Assembly: GCA_963666515.2 (NCBI GenBank) | Contig: OY762897.2 | Coordinates: 64,001-128,000 of the forward strand | DNA length: 64,000 bases | Direction of reading: 5' to 3' | From: Candidatus Binatia bacterium | Lineage (GTDB): Bacteria > Desulfobacterota > Binatia > UBA9968 > JAJDTQ01 | Notes under the pieces: generated by a model | The model's database searches: none | Told to the model about the DNA's origin: nothing | Seen by the model: only the letters and a program-made list of their open reading frames with translations | Program-made: the position numbers and the translations under genes | In this document: one piece after another, positions 48,111-58,275 of the stretch | Layout: every line of letters begins with the position of its first letter | Numbering within the stretch: position 1 is the stretch's first letter

Positions 48111-50639
48111 TCAGACCTCGCGCAGGACGGTGGCAGGGGGCGTCCGCACGAGCTTGCGGGTGCCGAGGTAGCCGACCGCGGCCACCATCAGAATGCCGAA
48201 CAGCGGCCCCACCGCCCAGATCTGCGGATGCAGGCTCGTGGGGAGATCGAAGACGAAACGGTTCAGCGTGAACGTGGTGATTTCCGCGCCGACGACGGCC
48301 ACGGCGCCGGCGAACGCGCCCAGCGCCGCGAACTCCGCCACCAGCGCGCCGGTGATGAGCCGGCGCGTCCCGCCCAGGGCGCGCAGCAGCGCCAGCTCCC
48401 TCAGGCGCTGGTCCCGGCTCGACTGAATCGACGCGATCAGCACCAGCAGTCCCGCGCACAGCACCAGAGCCAGCACCAGCTCGACGGCCTGGGCGACCCG
48501 GGCGATGATGCGGCGCAGGTGCATGATGATCTGGTCCACGTCGATGACCGAGACGGTGGGATGGCGGGACAGCATCTCGTTCAGGAACGGCTTCCGTTCC
48601 GGCGGCAGGTAGAAGCTGGTCATGTAGGTGGCGGGCTGGCCGTCCAGGGCGCCCGGCGACAGGATGATGAAGAAGTTGGGCTGCAGGCTGTCCCACGCCA
48701 CGCGCCGGGTGTTGGTGACGGTGGCGGTGAGCGGCAGGCCGCCGACGTCGAAGGTCAGGGAGTCTCCCAGCGCCAGCCCGAGGGCGGCGGCATAGTCCTC
48801 CTCCAGCGACGCCGACGGCGCGGCGCCCGCGGACCACCACTCACCCTCCACCACGACGTTGCTATCGGGCAGGTCCGCCAGGAACGTGAGGTTGCGCTCG
48901 CGCCGGATTCCGGGACGGCCCCGTCCGCCCGGCCCGTCGCGCTCGTTGCCGACTTCCTCCCGGCGCACGCGGCGTTGCCGCTGCCACGCCGCGGCGTCGG
49001 TTCCGTTCACCGCGGTGATGCGCCCGCGGATCATGGGGAACATCCGGCCGTCGTAGCCGGCGCGGGCCTTCAACATGCCTTCGACGGCGCCCACCTCGCC
49101 CGGCGCCACGTTCATCACGAAGTGGTTGGGCGCCCGTTCCGGTATCCGCGCCTTCCATTCGTCGATGAGCGCCGTGCGCACCAGCAGCATGATGAGCAGC
49201 AGCATGACGGCCACGCCGAAGATCACGATCTGCCCCACGTTCTCGCGGTGGCGGCGGTGCAGGCCGGCCAGAGCCAGCCGCCACACGTTGCCGGCCTGCA
49301 TGCCCAGGGCGCGTCCGCCGCGCAGCAGGACCAGCGCCAGTCCGGCGAACACGCTGACCGTGACGGCCGCGCCCGCCAGCGCCCAGGCCGTGAGCGACGC
49401 GTTGCCGCTGTACCAGACCAGGAGCGTCAGGCCGCCGACAGCCGCGCAGCCGTAGGTCAGCGCCGAAGCCGTGCCCGGCGTCAGGTCCCGGCGGATGACG
49501 CGCATGGGCGAGACCGCGCGCAGGCCCAGCAGCGGCGGCAGGCCGAACGCGAGCACGCAGATGAAGCCGGTCGCCACGCCGACCCAGACCGGCCGCGCTC
49601 CCGGCAGCGGCAACGACACCGGCAGGAAGCCCTGGAGCGCGGCGATGATGCCGAGATGGGCCAGGGCGCCGAGGGCCAGGCCGGCGACGGCCCCCGCCAC
49701 GCCGACGACCAGGAGCACGAGGGTGTAGCCCCACTGGATCTCCGCCGGCGTGGCGCCCAGGGTCTTCAGCACCGCCACGTGGTCGTAGTGGCGGCGCGCG
49801 TAGCGGTGGGCGCTGAGCGCCACGGCGACGCCCGCCAACAGCACCGTCAGCAGGCCGCCGAGCAGCAGGAAGCTCTCGGCGCGCTCCAGGGCGCTGTCGA
49901 TGCGCGCGTTGGCCGCGCGCACGTCGCGCCAGCGGTAGCCGGGCGCCAGCTCGTCACGGATGGCGTCGTGGAGGGAGCGCAGCCCGTCGTCGCCGCCCGC
50001 CAACTGGAGGCGGTAGCGGATGCGGCTGCCGGGCTGGATCAGCCGCGTGGCCGGGATATCCTCCGCGCGCATCAGGAGCCGCGGCGCGAATCCCAGGAAA
50101 CCGCCGCTACGGTCCGGTTCCGACGCCAGCACCGCGGCCACGGTGAACTGCGCGTAGCCGACCGCGACCGCGTCGCCGACCTTGACGCCCAGGGCGGGAA
50201 ACAGGCGCGAGTCCAGCCAGACCTCGCCCCGTCCGGGCAGAGCGTCGGTGCGCCGGCCGCGCCCGAACGGCTCGTCCGCGACCCGCAGCGTGCCGCGCAG
50301 GGGATAGCCCGGCGTTACCGCCTTGAGGCTGGCCAACTGGCTGCGGTCGGTGGCGTCCGCGGACACCATGGACGGGAAACGGATGACGTCGGCCAGGGCG
50401 AGCCCGCGCGCCGCGGCCAGCTCGCGGAAGCGTTGCGGAATGGCCCGCGAGGAGTCGATGACGCGGTCCGCGCCCAGGAGGGTCGCCGACTCCGCCACCA
50501 GCGCCCGCTGCAGGCGGTCGACGAACAGGCTGACGGCCGTCACCGCGCCCACCGCCAACAGAAGCGCGACGAGCAGCAGGCGCAGCTCCCCCGCGCGCCA
50601 GTCGCGTATCGCCAGCCGCAGCGCCAGCGACAGGGTCAC
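48111..50639 (-). CDS. ybbP: ABC permease YbbP (FtsX-like)
   Basis: RDWRAGEL, LLGADR, KAV..GYPLRG, QPGSRIRY; ybbA/tesA context; start approximate. Confidence 0.88.
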   Translation of the reverse strand: MTLSLALRLAIRDWRAGELRLLLVALLLAVGAVTAVSLFVDRLQRALVAESATLLGADRVIDSSRAIPQRFRELAAARGLALADVIRFPSMVSADATDRSQLASLKAVTPGYPLRGTLRVADEPFGRGRRTDALPGRGEVWLDSRLFPALGVKVGDAVAVGYAQFTVAAVLASEPDRSGGFLGFAPRLLMRAEDIPATRLIQPGSRIRYRLQLAGGDDGLRSLHDAIRDELAPGYRWRDVRAANARIDSALERAESFLLLGGLLTVLLAGVAVALSAHRYARRHYDHVAVLKTLGATPAEIQWGYTLVLLVVGVAGAVAGLALGALAHLGIIAALQGFLPVSLPLPGARPVWVGVATGFICVLAFGLPPLLGLRAVSPMRVIRRDLTPGTASALTYGCAAVGGLTLLVWYSGNASLTAWALAGAAVTVSVFAGLALVLLRGGRALGMQAGNVWRLALAGLHRRHRENVGQIVIFGVAVMLLLIMLLVRTALIDEWKARIPERAPNHFVMNVAPGEVGAVEGMLKARAGYDGRMFPMIRGRITAVNGTDAAAWQRQRRVRREEVGNERDGPGGRGRPGIRRERNLTFLADLPDSNVVVEGEWWSAGAAPSASLEEDYAAALGLALGDSLTFDVGGLPLTATVTNTRRVAWDSLQPNFFIILSPGALDGQPATYMTSFYLPPERKPFLNEMLSRHPTVSVIDVDQIIMHLRRIIARVAQAVELVLALVLCAGLLVLIASIQSSRDQRLRELALLRALGGTRRLITGALVAEFAALGAFAGAVAVVGAEITTFTLNRFVFDLPTSLHPQIWAVGPLFGILMVAAVGYLGTRKLVRTPPATVLREV

Positions 50640-50709
50640 GGCGCGGGCTCCCGCCGCGGTTGCATCCGGCTCCTTCCGCCTGAGGCGGGCATCGGCGGGA
50701 ACCTCCGCG

Positions 50710-51390
<681 letters not shown>

Positions 51391-51406
51391 GAGGCTGCGT
51401 CCTGAC

Positions 51407-52072
51407 ATGAAGCGTCTCTTGATTGGACGGCGGCGGGTTTCCCTGAAGGGTCTGTTGCGAGGTTTCCTGCTGATGGCCGCGCTCTTTGCGGGCGGCGGGG
51501 CGCCGGCGGCGGACGCCGGCAAGACCGTGCTGGTCTTGGGAAACAGTATCAGTGCCGCTTACGGACTTCAAACACAGGCCGGCGAGCCCGGCTGGGTGCA
51601 ACTGCTGCAGGAGCGCCTGGGACCGCGCCACCGCGTGGTCAACGCGAGCATCAGCGGCGACACCACCGCGGGCGGCCTGGCGCGTCTTCCCAGGACCCTG
51701 GCGCTGCACAAGCCCGACATCGTCGTCATCGAGCTGGGCGGCAACGACGGCCTGCGCGGCTACCCCGTGGCGTCCATCCGCGCCAACCTTTTGGCCATGA
51801 CCCGCGCCGTCCTCGCCGCCGGCGCCAAGCCCGTGCTCGCCGGCATGCAGATGACCCCCAACCTGGGGCCGCGCTACACGAAGGCCTTCAGCCGCATGTA
51901 CCCCGACGTCGCCGCCGAGACCGGCGCCGCGCTGGTGCCCTTCATCCTCGACGGCGTCGCCCTGGACGAGAAGCTCATGCAGCACGACGGCATCCATCCC
52001 AACGCCAAGGCCCAACCGGTGCTGCTGGACAACGTCTGGCCGGTGCTGGAGCCGTTGCTGAAAGGGGATTGA
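51407..52072 (+). CDS. tesA: Arylesterase/acyl-CoA thioesterase I (SGNH)
   Basis: GNSISAAYG (GDS variant), NASISGDTT, ELGGNDGLRG, DGIHP; divergent from ybbA. Confidence 0.9.
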   Translation: MKRLLIGRRRVSLKGLLRGFLLMAALFAGGGAPAADAGKTVLVLGNSISAAYGLQTQAGEPGWVQLLQERLGPRHRVVNASISGDTTAGGLARLPRTLALHKPDIVVIELGGNDGLRGYPVASIRANLLAMTRAVLAAGAKPVLAGMQMTPNLGPRYTKAFSRMYPDVAAETGAALVPFILDGVALDEKLMQHDGIHPNAKAQPVLLDNVWPVLEPLLKGD

Positions 52073-52085
52073 GGGGTTGAGGGCC

Positions 52086-52565
52086 ATGACCAAAGTACAC
52101 GTGCGATCGGCAACTTTGGCGGACGCGGAGCGCATCGTAGCGTTCCAGCAGGCGATGGCGCTGGAGACCGAGGGCAAGAAGCTGGATGCCACAACGTTGC
52201 GGCAGGGCGTGGCCGGCGTGTTCGATGCGCCGGAGAAGGGCTTCTACCTCGTGGCGGTCGCGGACAGCGCCGAAGGCAGCGCCGTTCCGGTAGTGGGAAG
52301 CCTGCTCATCACCCATGAGTGGAGCGATTGGCGCAACGCCACGTTCTGGTGGATCCAAAGTGTTTACGTGGAAGCCGGCTGGCGGCGTCAGGGCGTCTAT
52401 CGCGCGATGTATGACCACGTGTTGAGCCTTGCGCGCACCCGCGGCGACGTCTGCGGCATACGGCTCTATGTGGAGCGCACCAACGCCATCGCCCAAAAGA
52501 CCTACGACAGTCTGGGCATGCACAAGTCGCACTACGACCTGTACGAGGTTGACTGCACGTCATGA
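52086..52565 (+). CDS. GNAT acetyltransferase
   Basis: EWSDWRN, WIQSVYV..WRRQGVY, LYVERTN..AQKTY. Confidence 0.9.
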   Translation: MTKVHVRSATLADAERIVAFQQAMALETEGKKLDATTLRQGVAGVFDAPEKGFYLVAVADSAEGSAVPVVGSLLITHEWSDWRNATFWWIQSVYVEAGWRRQGVYRAMYDHVLSLARTRGDVCGIRLYVERTNAIAQKTYDSLGMHKSHYDLYEVDCTS

Positions 52566-52635
52566 GCGGCGTGACGGCTCTATCGGGAAGACCTGCCGTC
52601 AGGTTAGACTGCGGTTGGCGACGAGGGGTGCGTCG

Positions 52636-53157
52636 TCACGGATGATCACGGTCGGTGAAACAGGCGGCGGTCCACCATACAGGGGTCTCCAGCCCGACCT
52701 TTATGGTGCCGAAGTCGGGATGTCGGCAATTTATCACGACATTGCGCTCCATACGGGCGACGACAGACGGGACGATCAGTAGCGCACTCCGGCGCTCCTC
52801 ATACCATTGGCGCCCGAAGCGGCGGGCGGCTTCCCCGTCGGAACTAAAGCATTCGGGTAAATTCTGTGGAGTGACCACCTCGTACCGGGTACCTTTGGGT
52901 ATCGTGATTTCTACGAAGTGTTGGTTCGGTGGCGGTGTTCCATTCCAGTGAACGAGTTGTTCCAGCATGGCTGTGGAATAATTCTCGGACGCGTAGATGA
53001 CTTCGGAACCAGCTTCGTGCCATCGCGCGGATGCCAGTTTAGCCCCTTCGGGGCTCCAAATCGGGTACAGTCCTGCGGGATCACCGATACGATAGGCGCG
53101 TAGCGTGTCGGGCAGGCGTCGAGGAGTTGTCGGGAGGATGCTTTGTTTGTTTTCCAT
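52636..53157 (-). CDS. RES-domain toxin, probable C-terminal frameshift
   Basis: YRIGD, ARWH, YASE..STAMLE, VPSVVARMERN..IN..HPDF. Confidence 0.85.
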   Translation of the reverse strand: MENKQSILPTTPRRLPDTLRAYRIGDPAGLYPIWSPEGAKLASARWHEAGSEVIYASENYSTAMLEQLVHWNGTPPPNQHFVEITIPKGTRYEVVTPQNLPECFSSDGEAARRFGRQWYEERRSALLIVPSVVARMERNVVINCRHPDFGTIKVGLETPVWWTAACFTDRDHP

Positions 53158-53201
53158 GCACCCCCCGGAAATATAAGCTGTTTAGCAGAACAGACGGTTG
53201 T

Positions 53202-53669
53202 TTAGACGGCGACCCCGGCTTCGGCCCGCCGAATGAGATTGAGGACGGCTTCGGCGCCTGCTGAACTGGACCGGGCCATGTCGAAAGGCGTCTCGCCTTC
53301 CAGCAACGGATGCGGTCGATTCAGGAACTCCTCAATGGCGTTCCGGTCACCATGGTAGGCGCGGCTCACCGCATCGACGACCCGTCCGATTTCATAGAGC
53401 CTTTCGCTGATCTCCCGTGACAGTCGCTTGTTGGCCTTGCGGGCGCGCCTTAGCGTCGCTTCGGGGACGACGGGTCCAACCACACGCTTGGTGCCGAGGA
53501 TGGCAGCCAGTGCCGTTACGGATCGCGCAGTAAAACCCCGGGAAACTCGTCTTGCAAACTGAACGTCATTCAGGTTGTCCGGTTCATCGAGATCCAAAAG
53601 ACGAGCGACCCGCGTTACCTCGCTCCCGGAAAGGCCTGCTGTCAAGTAGGATTGGGCTTGGGGTTTCAT
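53202..53669 (-). CDS. Xre/MbcA/ParS-type antitoxin (DUF2384)
   Basis: EATLRRAR, LSREISERLY, FL.RPHPLLEGETP. Confidence 0.88.
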   Translation of the reverse strand: MKPQAQSYLTAGLSGSEVTRVARLLDLDEPDNLNDVQFARRVSRGFTARSVTALAAILGTKRVVGPVVPEATLRRARKANKRLSREISERLYEIGRVVDAVSRAYHGDRNAIEEFLNRPHPLLEGETPFDMARSSSAGAEAVLNLIRRAEAGVAV

Positions 53670-53680
53670 GGAGCGTCTCC

Positions 53681-53719
53681 TATCCGTCACTTGACGGATA
53701 TACGCTAGTCAACTGACTA
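53681..53719. promoter_or_regulatory. Two inverted-repeat operators upstream of the Xre-RES operon
   Basis: TATCCGTCA-CT-TGACGGATA and TAGTCA-AC-TGACTA, shared core GTCA-N2-TGAC. Confidence 0.65.
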
Positions 53720-53738
53720 TAGCAACCATGAAGGCGCA

Positions 53739-54896
53739 TCAACCCCTATCTCTGAGCGAGAAAAGTCGTCTGGCCGTCTCGGCCTCGGGTATGGATAGCT
53801 TACCCTCCCACGCCAACTCGGCAAGCAACCTGCCGGTGAGGGGAGCGAACTTGAAGCCGTGGCCTGAGAAACCGGCGCCGATGGCGATGCGTGGATTCTC
53901 GGGGTGCAGGTCGATGATGAAGTCCTCGTTGGGTGAAACGGTGTACAGGCAGTGCTCGGCGCCCGCGAGAGTCCAGCCCTTGGTGCTGAAGAACATGGCC
54001 ATGAAACGGTTCAGTTCGCCGACCCTTTCCTGAGCGACGGAATCCGGCGGGTCGTCGGGGTCGTCATTCCTCCCGTACCTTACGTGGCGCGCTACTTTCA
54101 CGCCGGTGCGGCCGAACTCCGGCATGCCGTAGAACACATCGTTCTCTTCCTCTCCCATGTACATGCACACCGGGAAGCGGCCGGGCCGGTAGTCGTCGAT
54201 GTTGTCCCGGGGCACGAAGTAGCCTACCGTCTGACGGGCGACTTGGAGCGTGGGCTTCAGGAACGGCAGCAACTGTCCCGCCCATGCGCCCGCTGCCACG
54301 ATCAGGCACTCGGCTTTGAGGACCCCGGCGCTGGTCTCGACGGTCACGGGCTCGGCGCCGGGGTCGAGCCCGTGAACGACGGTGTTCTCGAATATGCGCA
54401 CGCCGTTCGCGCGGGCCAGCCGGGTGAGTGAGGCCATGGTCTCTTCGGCGGCGACGATGCCCGCGGTCCGATCGAGGAGCACCCGTTCGACGTTGTCCAG
54501 GGTGAACTGGGGGTACAGCCTGCGCGCTTCGTCCGGCGTGACGACCTCCACGTCCGCGCCTTCCTGCTCCACCGCGCGGATGTAGCTGTTGAAACCCTCG
54601 CAGGGAGCCCCGGCGAAAAGCCCGGGATTCGGGTGGACGAGTCGGGCGCCGGCGTCCTTCTCCAGCCGGGGCCATTCCTCCGCGTGCACCCACTGCATGA
54701 GGCGCACGTACTCCGGCGCGGTGTAGGCGCTGCGCGTGATACGCGCCGCGCCGTGCGAGCTGCCCCGCTCGTGCCCGATGGAAAACCGCTCCACCAGCCC
54801 GAGTCGCCCCACGCCGAGCCGCGCAAGGTGATACAGCGCCGAGAGCCCGTTGACTCCGCCGCCGATCACCAAGGCGTCAAAGGCGCCACTTTGCAT
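53739..54896 (-). CDS. solA: Monomeric sarcosine oxidase / N-methyltryptophan oxidase family
   Basis: GGGVNG, GSSHG..RITR.AY, CLYT.SP.EDFIID, GFSGHGFKFAP. Confidence 0.85.
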   Translation of the reverse strand: MQSGAFDALVIGGGVNGLSALYHLARLGVGRLGLVERFSIGHERGSSHGAARITRSAYTAPEYVRLMQWVHAEEWPRLEKDAGARLVHPNPGLFAGAPCEGFNSYIRAVEQEGADVEVVTPDEARRLYPQFTLDNVERVLLDRTAGIVAAEETMASLTRLARANGVRIFENTVVHGLDPGAEPVTVETSAGVLKAECLIVAAGAWAGQLLPFLKPTLQVARQTVGYFVPRDNIDDYRPGRFPVCMYMGEEENDVFYGMPEFGRTGVKVARHVRYGRNDDPDDPPDSVAQERVGELNRFMAMFFSTKGWTLAGAEHCLYTVSPNEDFIIDLHPENPRIAIGAGFSGHGFKFAPLTGRLLAELAWEGKLSIPEAETARRLFSLRDRG

Positions 54897-54972
54897 GTGA
54901 ACTTGGTCTCCCCAAATGGGTTGCAGTGGACCTAATGAATTGACGCGCGGCTCGACAGACAGCAGAGTGGTG

Positions 54973-55197
54973 TCAGAGAGCGGCGCCCGCTTGGGCGCGA
55001 CGAACCAGATTCAGGACGGTTTCCACGCCTGCCGAACTGGAACGGGCCACGTCGAAAGGCGTCCTGCCCTCCAGCAAGGGGTGCGATCGGCTGAGGAACA
55101 ATCGGACGGCATTCCTATCCCCGTGATATGCCCGGCGGACCTCCTTGACGACGCTTGCCAACTCGTGAATTCTCGCCGGACCGTATTCAGAACTCAT
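54973..55197 (-). pseudogene. Truncated DUF2384 antitoxin paralog (C-terminal half only)
   Basis: RAYHGDRNA..FL.R.HPLLEG.TPFD.ARSSSAG.E.VLNL.RRA closely matches 53202-53400; no HTH and no toxin. Confidence 0.7.
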
Positions 55198-55357
55198 CGG
55201 TTGCTCCCCCTGAATCACTGGTTGCAAGAACTATACGGCCCTCGGTAGGATGGCTTCAAGCGTAGCTTCCCGCCTTGCTTGATTCTGCGCGATTGGCTCG
55301 GAGCGTTTTTCTCGCTCAGAGAGCTGAGGCTCGCAGAGCGAATGGAGGAGTACCACC

Positions 55358-55663
55358 ATGGTCGATGACACAAAGGCAGGCGCCGGTTCCACGTTTGAAA
55401 GTCTGTTGCGGGAAGACGGCCTCCACGACGAGGTGAAGAACGATGCGGTCAAGGCCGTTCTAGCCTACAAGTTGACAGAAGCGATGAAGGCACAGAATCT
55501 CTCCAAGGCGCGCATGGCCGAGCGCATGGAAACCAGTCGATCACAACTGGACCGGCTGCTGGATCCACAGAATGAAGGAGTGACCCTCCATACGTTGAAG
55601 CGAGCCGCTGCCGCCTTGGGCCTGCGTCTCCATCTTGGGCTCCAGCAAGCCGAGAGCCAGTAG
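55358..55663 (+). CDS. Orphan XRE-type HTH antitoxin-like protein
   Basis: GSTFESLL.EDG, MAERMETSRSQLDRLLDP.N.GVTL.TL; GGAGG RBS. Confidence 0.82.
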   Translation: MVDDTKAGAGSTFESLLREDGLHDEVKNDAVKAVLAYKLTEAMKAQNLSKARMAERMETSRSQLDRLLDPQNEGVTLHTLKRAAAALGLRLHLGLQQAESQ

Positions 55664-55692
55664 CCGGCCCCACTCCCTGAAGGCGGCGGCGT

Positions 55693-56973
55693 CTACCCGA
55701 ATCGCGGCGGCGTCAGCGTTTCCGTGCGAGCCTCAGGCGCGAGCAGGAGTTCCTTGAGGTTCGCTTTGGCGGCCGGGTCCACCTCGTAAGGTCCGGGCAG
55801 GCCCAGTTCCTTGGCGATCTCGCGCATGGCGGGCAGGACCTCTTCGCCCATGAGCTTGAGGGTGCGCATCTGGGACTCGTGGTCCATGGCGCCGTCGCCG
55901 GTGCGGAAGATGATGATGCCGGGGCGTAGGTACTCCATGATGTAGCGGATGCCCTCGACGCACTCGTCGGGGGTTCCGACGATCATGCCCCGGGTGGCCA
56001 CCTGGTCCTCGAAGGAGGCGAGGGCGCCGGCCCGGGTCTTCCCCGTGGCGTCGGGCGCCGTCATCTGCCGGCGCAGGGCCACGGCCCTCCGGCTGTTCAG
56101 GCCCGGAGGGCTCATGATCCACGGTATGGGCCGCTGGACGCCGGGGTCGAATGGGCTGCGCACTCCCTGGGTCAGGGTGCGCCCTACTTCCATGGCCTTC
56201 GCCTTGGTCTCCTCCACGTGCACGAAGAACATGTAGCCCAGGTGCTGAGGGCCGGCTTGGTAGCCTTCCTCCTCCGCGGTCTCGTAGTAGACCTTGAACA
56301 TCTCGCGGGTGAGCTCTAGCTGCGTGGAGAGCATGACGTAGGGGTAGCGGTGCCGGGCGCACCACTCGACGGTCTCCCTGCTGGAGGTGCCGGGCACCCA
56401 GATGGGCGGGTGCGGCTTCTGGTAGGGCACCGCCCAGGGATTCACGTAGCGGTAGTGGAAGTGCTTGCCCTCCCAGCGGAAGGGGCCGGGGGTGGTCCAG
56501 GTCTTGATGAGAAAGTCGTGGGCTTCCTCGAAGCGCTCGCGGTTGTAGTGGGGCGGGATGTTGTGGCTGATGCTCTCGCCGCCCGAACCGCGCACGATGC
56601 CCGGGATCAGCCGGCCTCGGGAAATGACGTCGATCATGGCGAGCTGCTCGGCGAGCCACAGCGGATCGTCGTGGATGGGCAGAATGTTGCCCAGCAGCAG
56701 AATCTTTACCTTGGTGGTGATGCGGGCGAGGATCGACGCCTGGACGTTGGCGACGCCGTTCATGCAGAAGGGCGCGCTGTGGTGTTCGTTGACCATCAGG
56801 CCGTCGAACCCCACCTCTTCGGCGTAGAGCTTCTCGTCGAGGTAGCGGTTGTACAGGTTGGCGGCGCGCCGGGGGTCGTACTCGGCGTTGCTGACCTTGT
56901 GGATGCCGGTGCCCCACTCGTCGGGCCAGTCGGGCACCTGCCAGGGCTCTTCGGTGAAGTGGCCGATGAACAT
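55693..56973 (-). CDS. LLM-class flavin-dependent monooxygenase
   Basis: GFDGLMVNEHH, AEQLAMIDVISRGRL, PYQKPHPPIW. Confidence 0.92.
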   Translation of the reverse strand: MFIGHFTEEPWQVPDWPDEWGTGIHKVSNAEYDPRRAANLYNRYLDEKLYAEEVGFDGLMVNEHHSAPFCMNGVANVQASILARITTKVKILLLGNILPIHDDPLWLAEQLAMIDVISRGRLIPGIVRGSGGESISHNIPPHYNRERFEEAHDFLIKTWTTPGPFRWEGKHFHYRYVNPWAVPYQKPHPPIWVPGTSSRETVEWCARHRYPYVMLSTQLELTREMFKVYYETAEEEGYQAGPQHLGYMFFVHVEETKAKAMEVGRTLTQGVRSPFDPGVQRPIPWIMSPPGLNSRRAVALRRQMTAPDATGKTRAGALASFEDQVATRGMIVGTPDECVEGIRYIMEYLRPGIIIFRTGDGAMDHESQMRTLKLMGEEVLPAMREIAKELGLPGPYEVDPAAKANLKELLLAPEARTETLTPPRFG

Positions 56974-57014
56974 CGTTACCTCCCGGCGTGTAACGTGGCG
57001 CAGGCCAACGGCCG

Positions 57015-58250
57015 CTAGGAGGCCATGGCGGCCACCGGCTCGTTGGTCATGGGATCGATATCGTACGGGCCGGGGAGGCCCAGTTCGTCGGCGATCTCCC
57101 GCAGCTTGGGCATGACCTCCTCGCCCATGAGCTTCAACGTGCGCATCTGCGACTCGTGGTCCATGGCGCCGTCGCCGGTGCGGAAGATGATGGTTCCCGG
57201 CCGCAACTCTTCGAGGATGTAGCGCACCTTGGGGATGACGCTGTCAGGGGTGCCGACGACCATGCCGTGGGTCGCCACCTGGTCTTCGAAGGTCGCCCTG
57301 GCGCCCGCGCGGGTGCGGCCGGAAGAGTCCGCGGCCGTCATCTTGCGCCGGAGCGCCCGGGCGCTCTTGGTGGCGATGCCCGGAGGGCCGGCGATCCACG
57401 GCTTCGGCCGCTGCGCGCCGGGATCGTAGGGACTGCGCACGCCCTGGGTCAGGGTGCGCCCCACCTCGATGGCCCGCTCCTCGGTCTCCTCCACGTGGAA
57501 GAAGAACATGAAGCCCAGGTGTTGCGGCCCGGCTTCGTAGCCCTCTTCCCGGGCGGTGTCATAGTAGACCTGGTACATCTGCTGAGTCAGGTCGATCTGG
57601 CTGGCCAGCATGATGTAGGGGTAGCGGTGCCGGGCGCACCATTCCACCGTCTCCCTGCTGGAGGTGCCGGGCACCCAGATTGGCGGGTGCGGTTTCTGAT
57701 AGGGCACCGCCCAGGGGTTCACGTACCGGTAGTGGAAGTGCTTGCCTTCCCAGCGGAACGGGCCGGGGGTGGTCCAGGTCTTGATGAGGAAGTCGTGGGC
57801 TTCCTCGAAGCGCTCGCGATTGTAGTGGGGCGGGATGTTGTGCGTCAGGCTCTCGCTGCCGCCGCCCCGGACCACGCCGGGTATCAGGCGGCCGCGGGAG
57901 ATCACATCGATCATCGCCAGCGACTCCGCCAGCCAAAGGGGATCATCGTGGATGGGCAGGATATTGCCGAGAAGCAGGATCTTGGCCTTGTTGGTGACCC
58001 GGGCCAGGATGGACGCCTTCACGTTGGCCACGCCGTTCATGCAGAACGGCGCGCTGTGGTGCTCGTTCACCATGATCCCGTCGAAGCCCATCTCCTCGGC
58101 GTACTGCTTCTCGTCGATGTAGCGATGGTAGAGGTTGGCGGCGCGGACCGGGTCGTACTCGCTGTTGCTGACCGCCATGACCCCCGACCCCCATTCCACG
58201 GGCCAGTCCTCTTTCTGCCAGGGTTCTTCCGTAAAGTGGCCTATGAACAT
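57015..58250 (-). CDS. LLM-class flavin-dependent monooxygenase (tandem paralog)
   Basis: Same motifs; long stretches identical in protein sequence to 55693-56973. Confidence 0.92.
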   Translation of the reverse strand: MFIGHFTEEPWQKEDWPVEWGSGVMAVSNSEYDPVRAANLYHRYIDEKQYAEEMGFDGIMVNEHHSAPFCMNGVANVKASILARVTNKAKILLLGNILPIHDDPLWLAESLAMIDVISRGRLIPGVVRGGGSESLTHNIPPHYNRERFEEAHDFLIKTWTTPGPFRWEGKHFHYRYVNPWAVPYQKPHPPIWVPGTSSRETVEWCARHRYPYIMLASQIDLTQQMYQVYYDTAREEGYEAGPQHLGFMFFFHVEETEERAIEVGRTLTQGVRSPYDPGAQRPKPWIAGPPGIATKSARALRRKMTAADSSGRTRAGARATFEDQVATHGMVVGTPDSVIPKVRYILEELRPGTIIFRTGDGAMDHESQMRTLKLMGEEVMPKLREIADELGLPGPYDIDPMTNEPVAAMAS

Positions 58251-58275
58251 GGTGCTTCACTCCCTGTTTCCGTCA

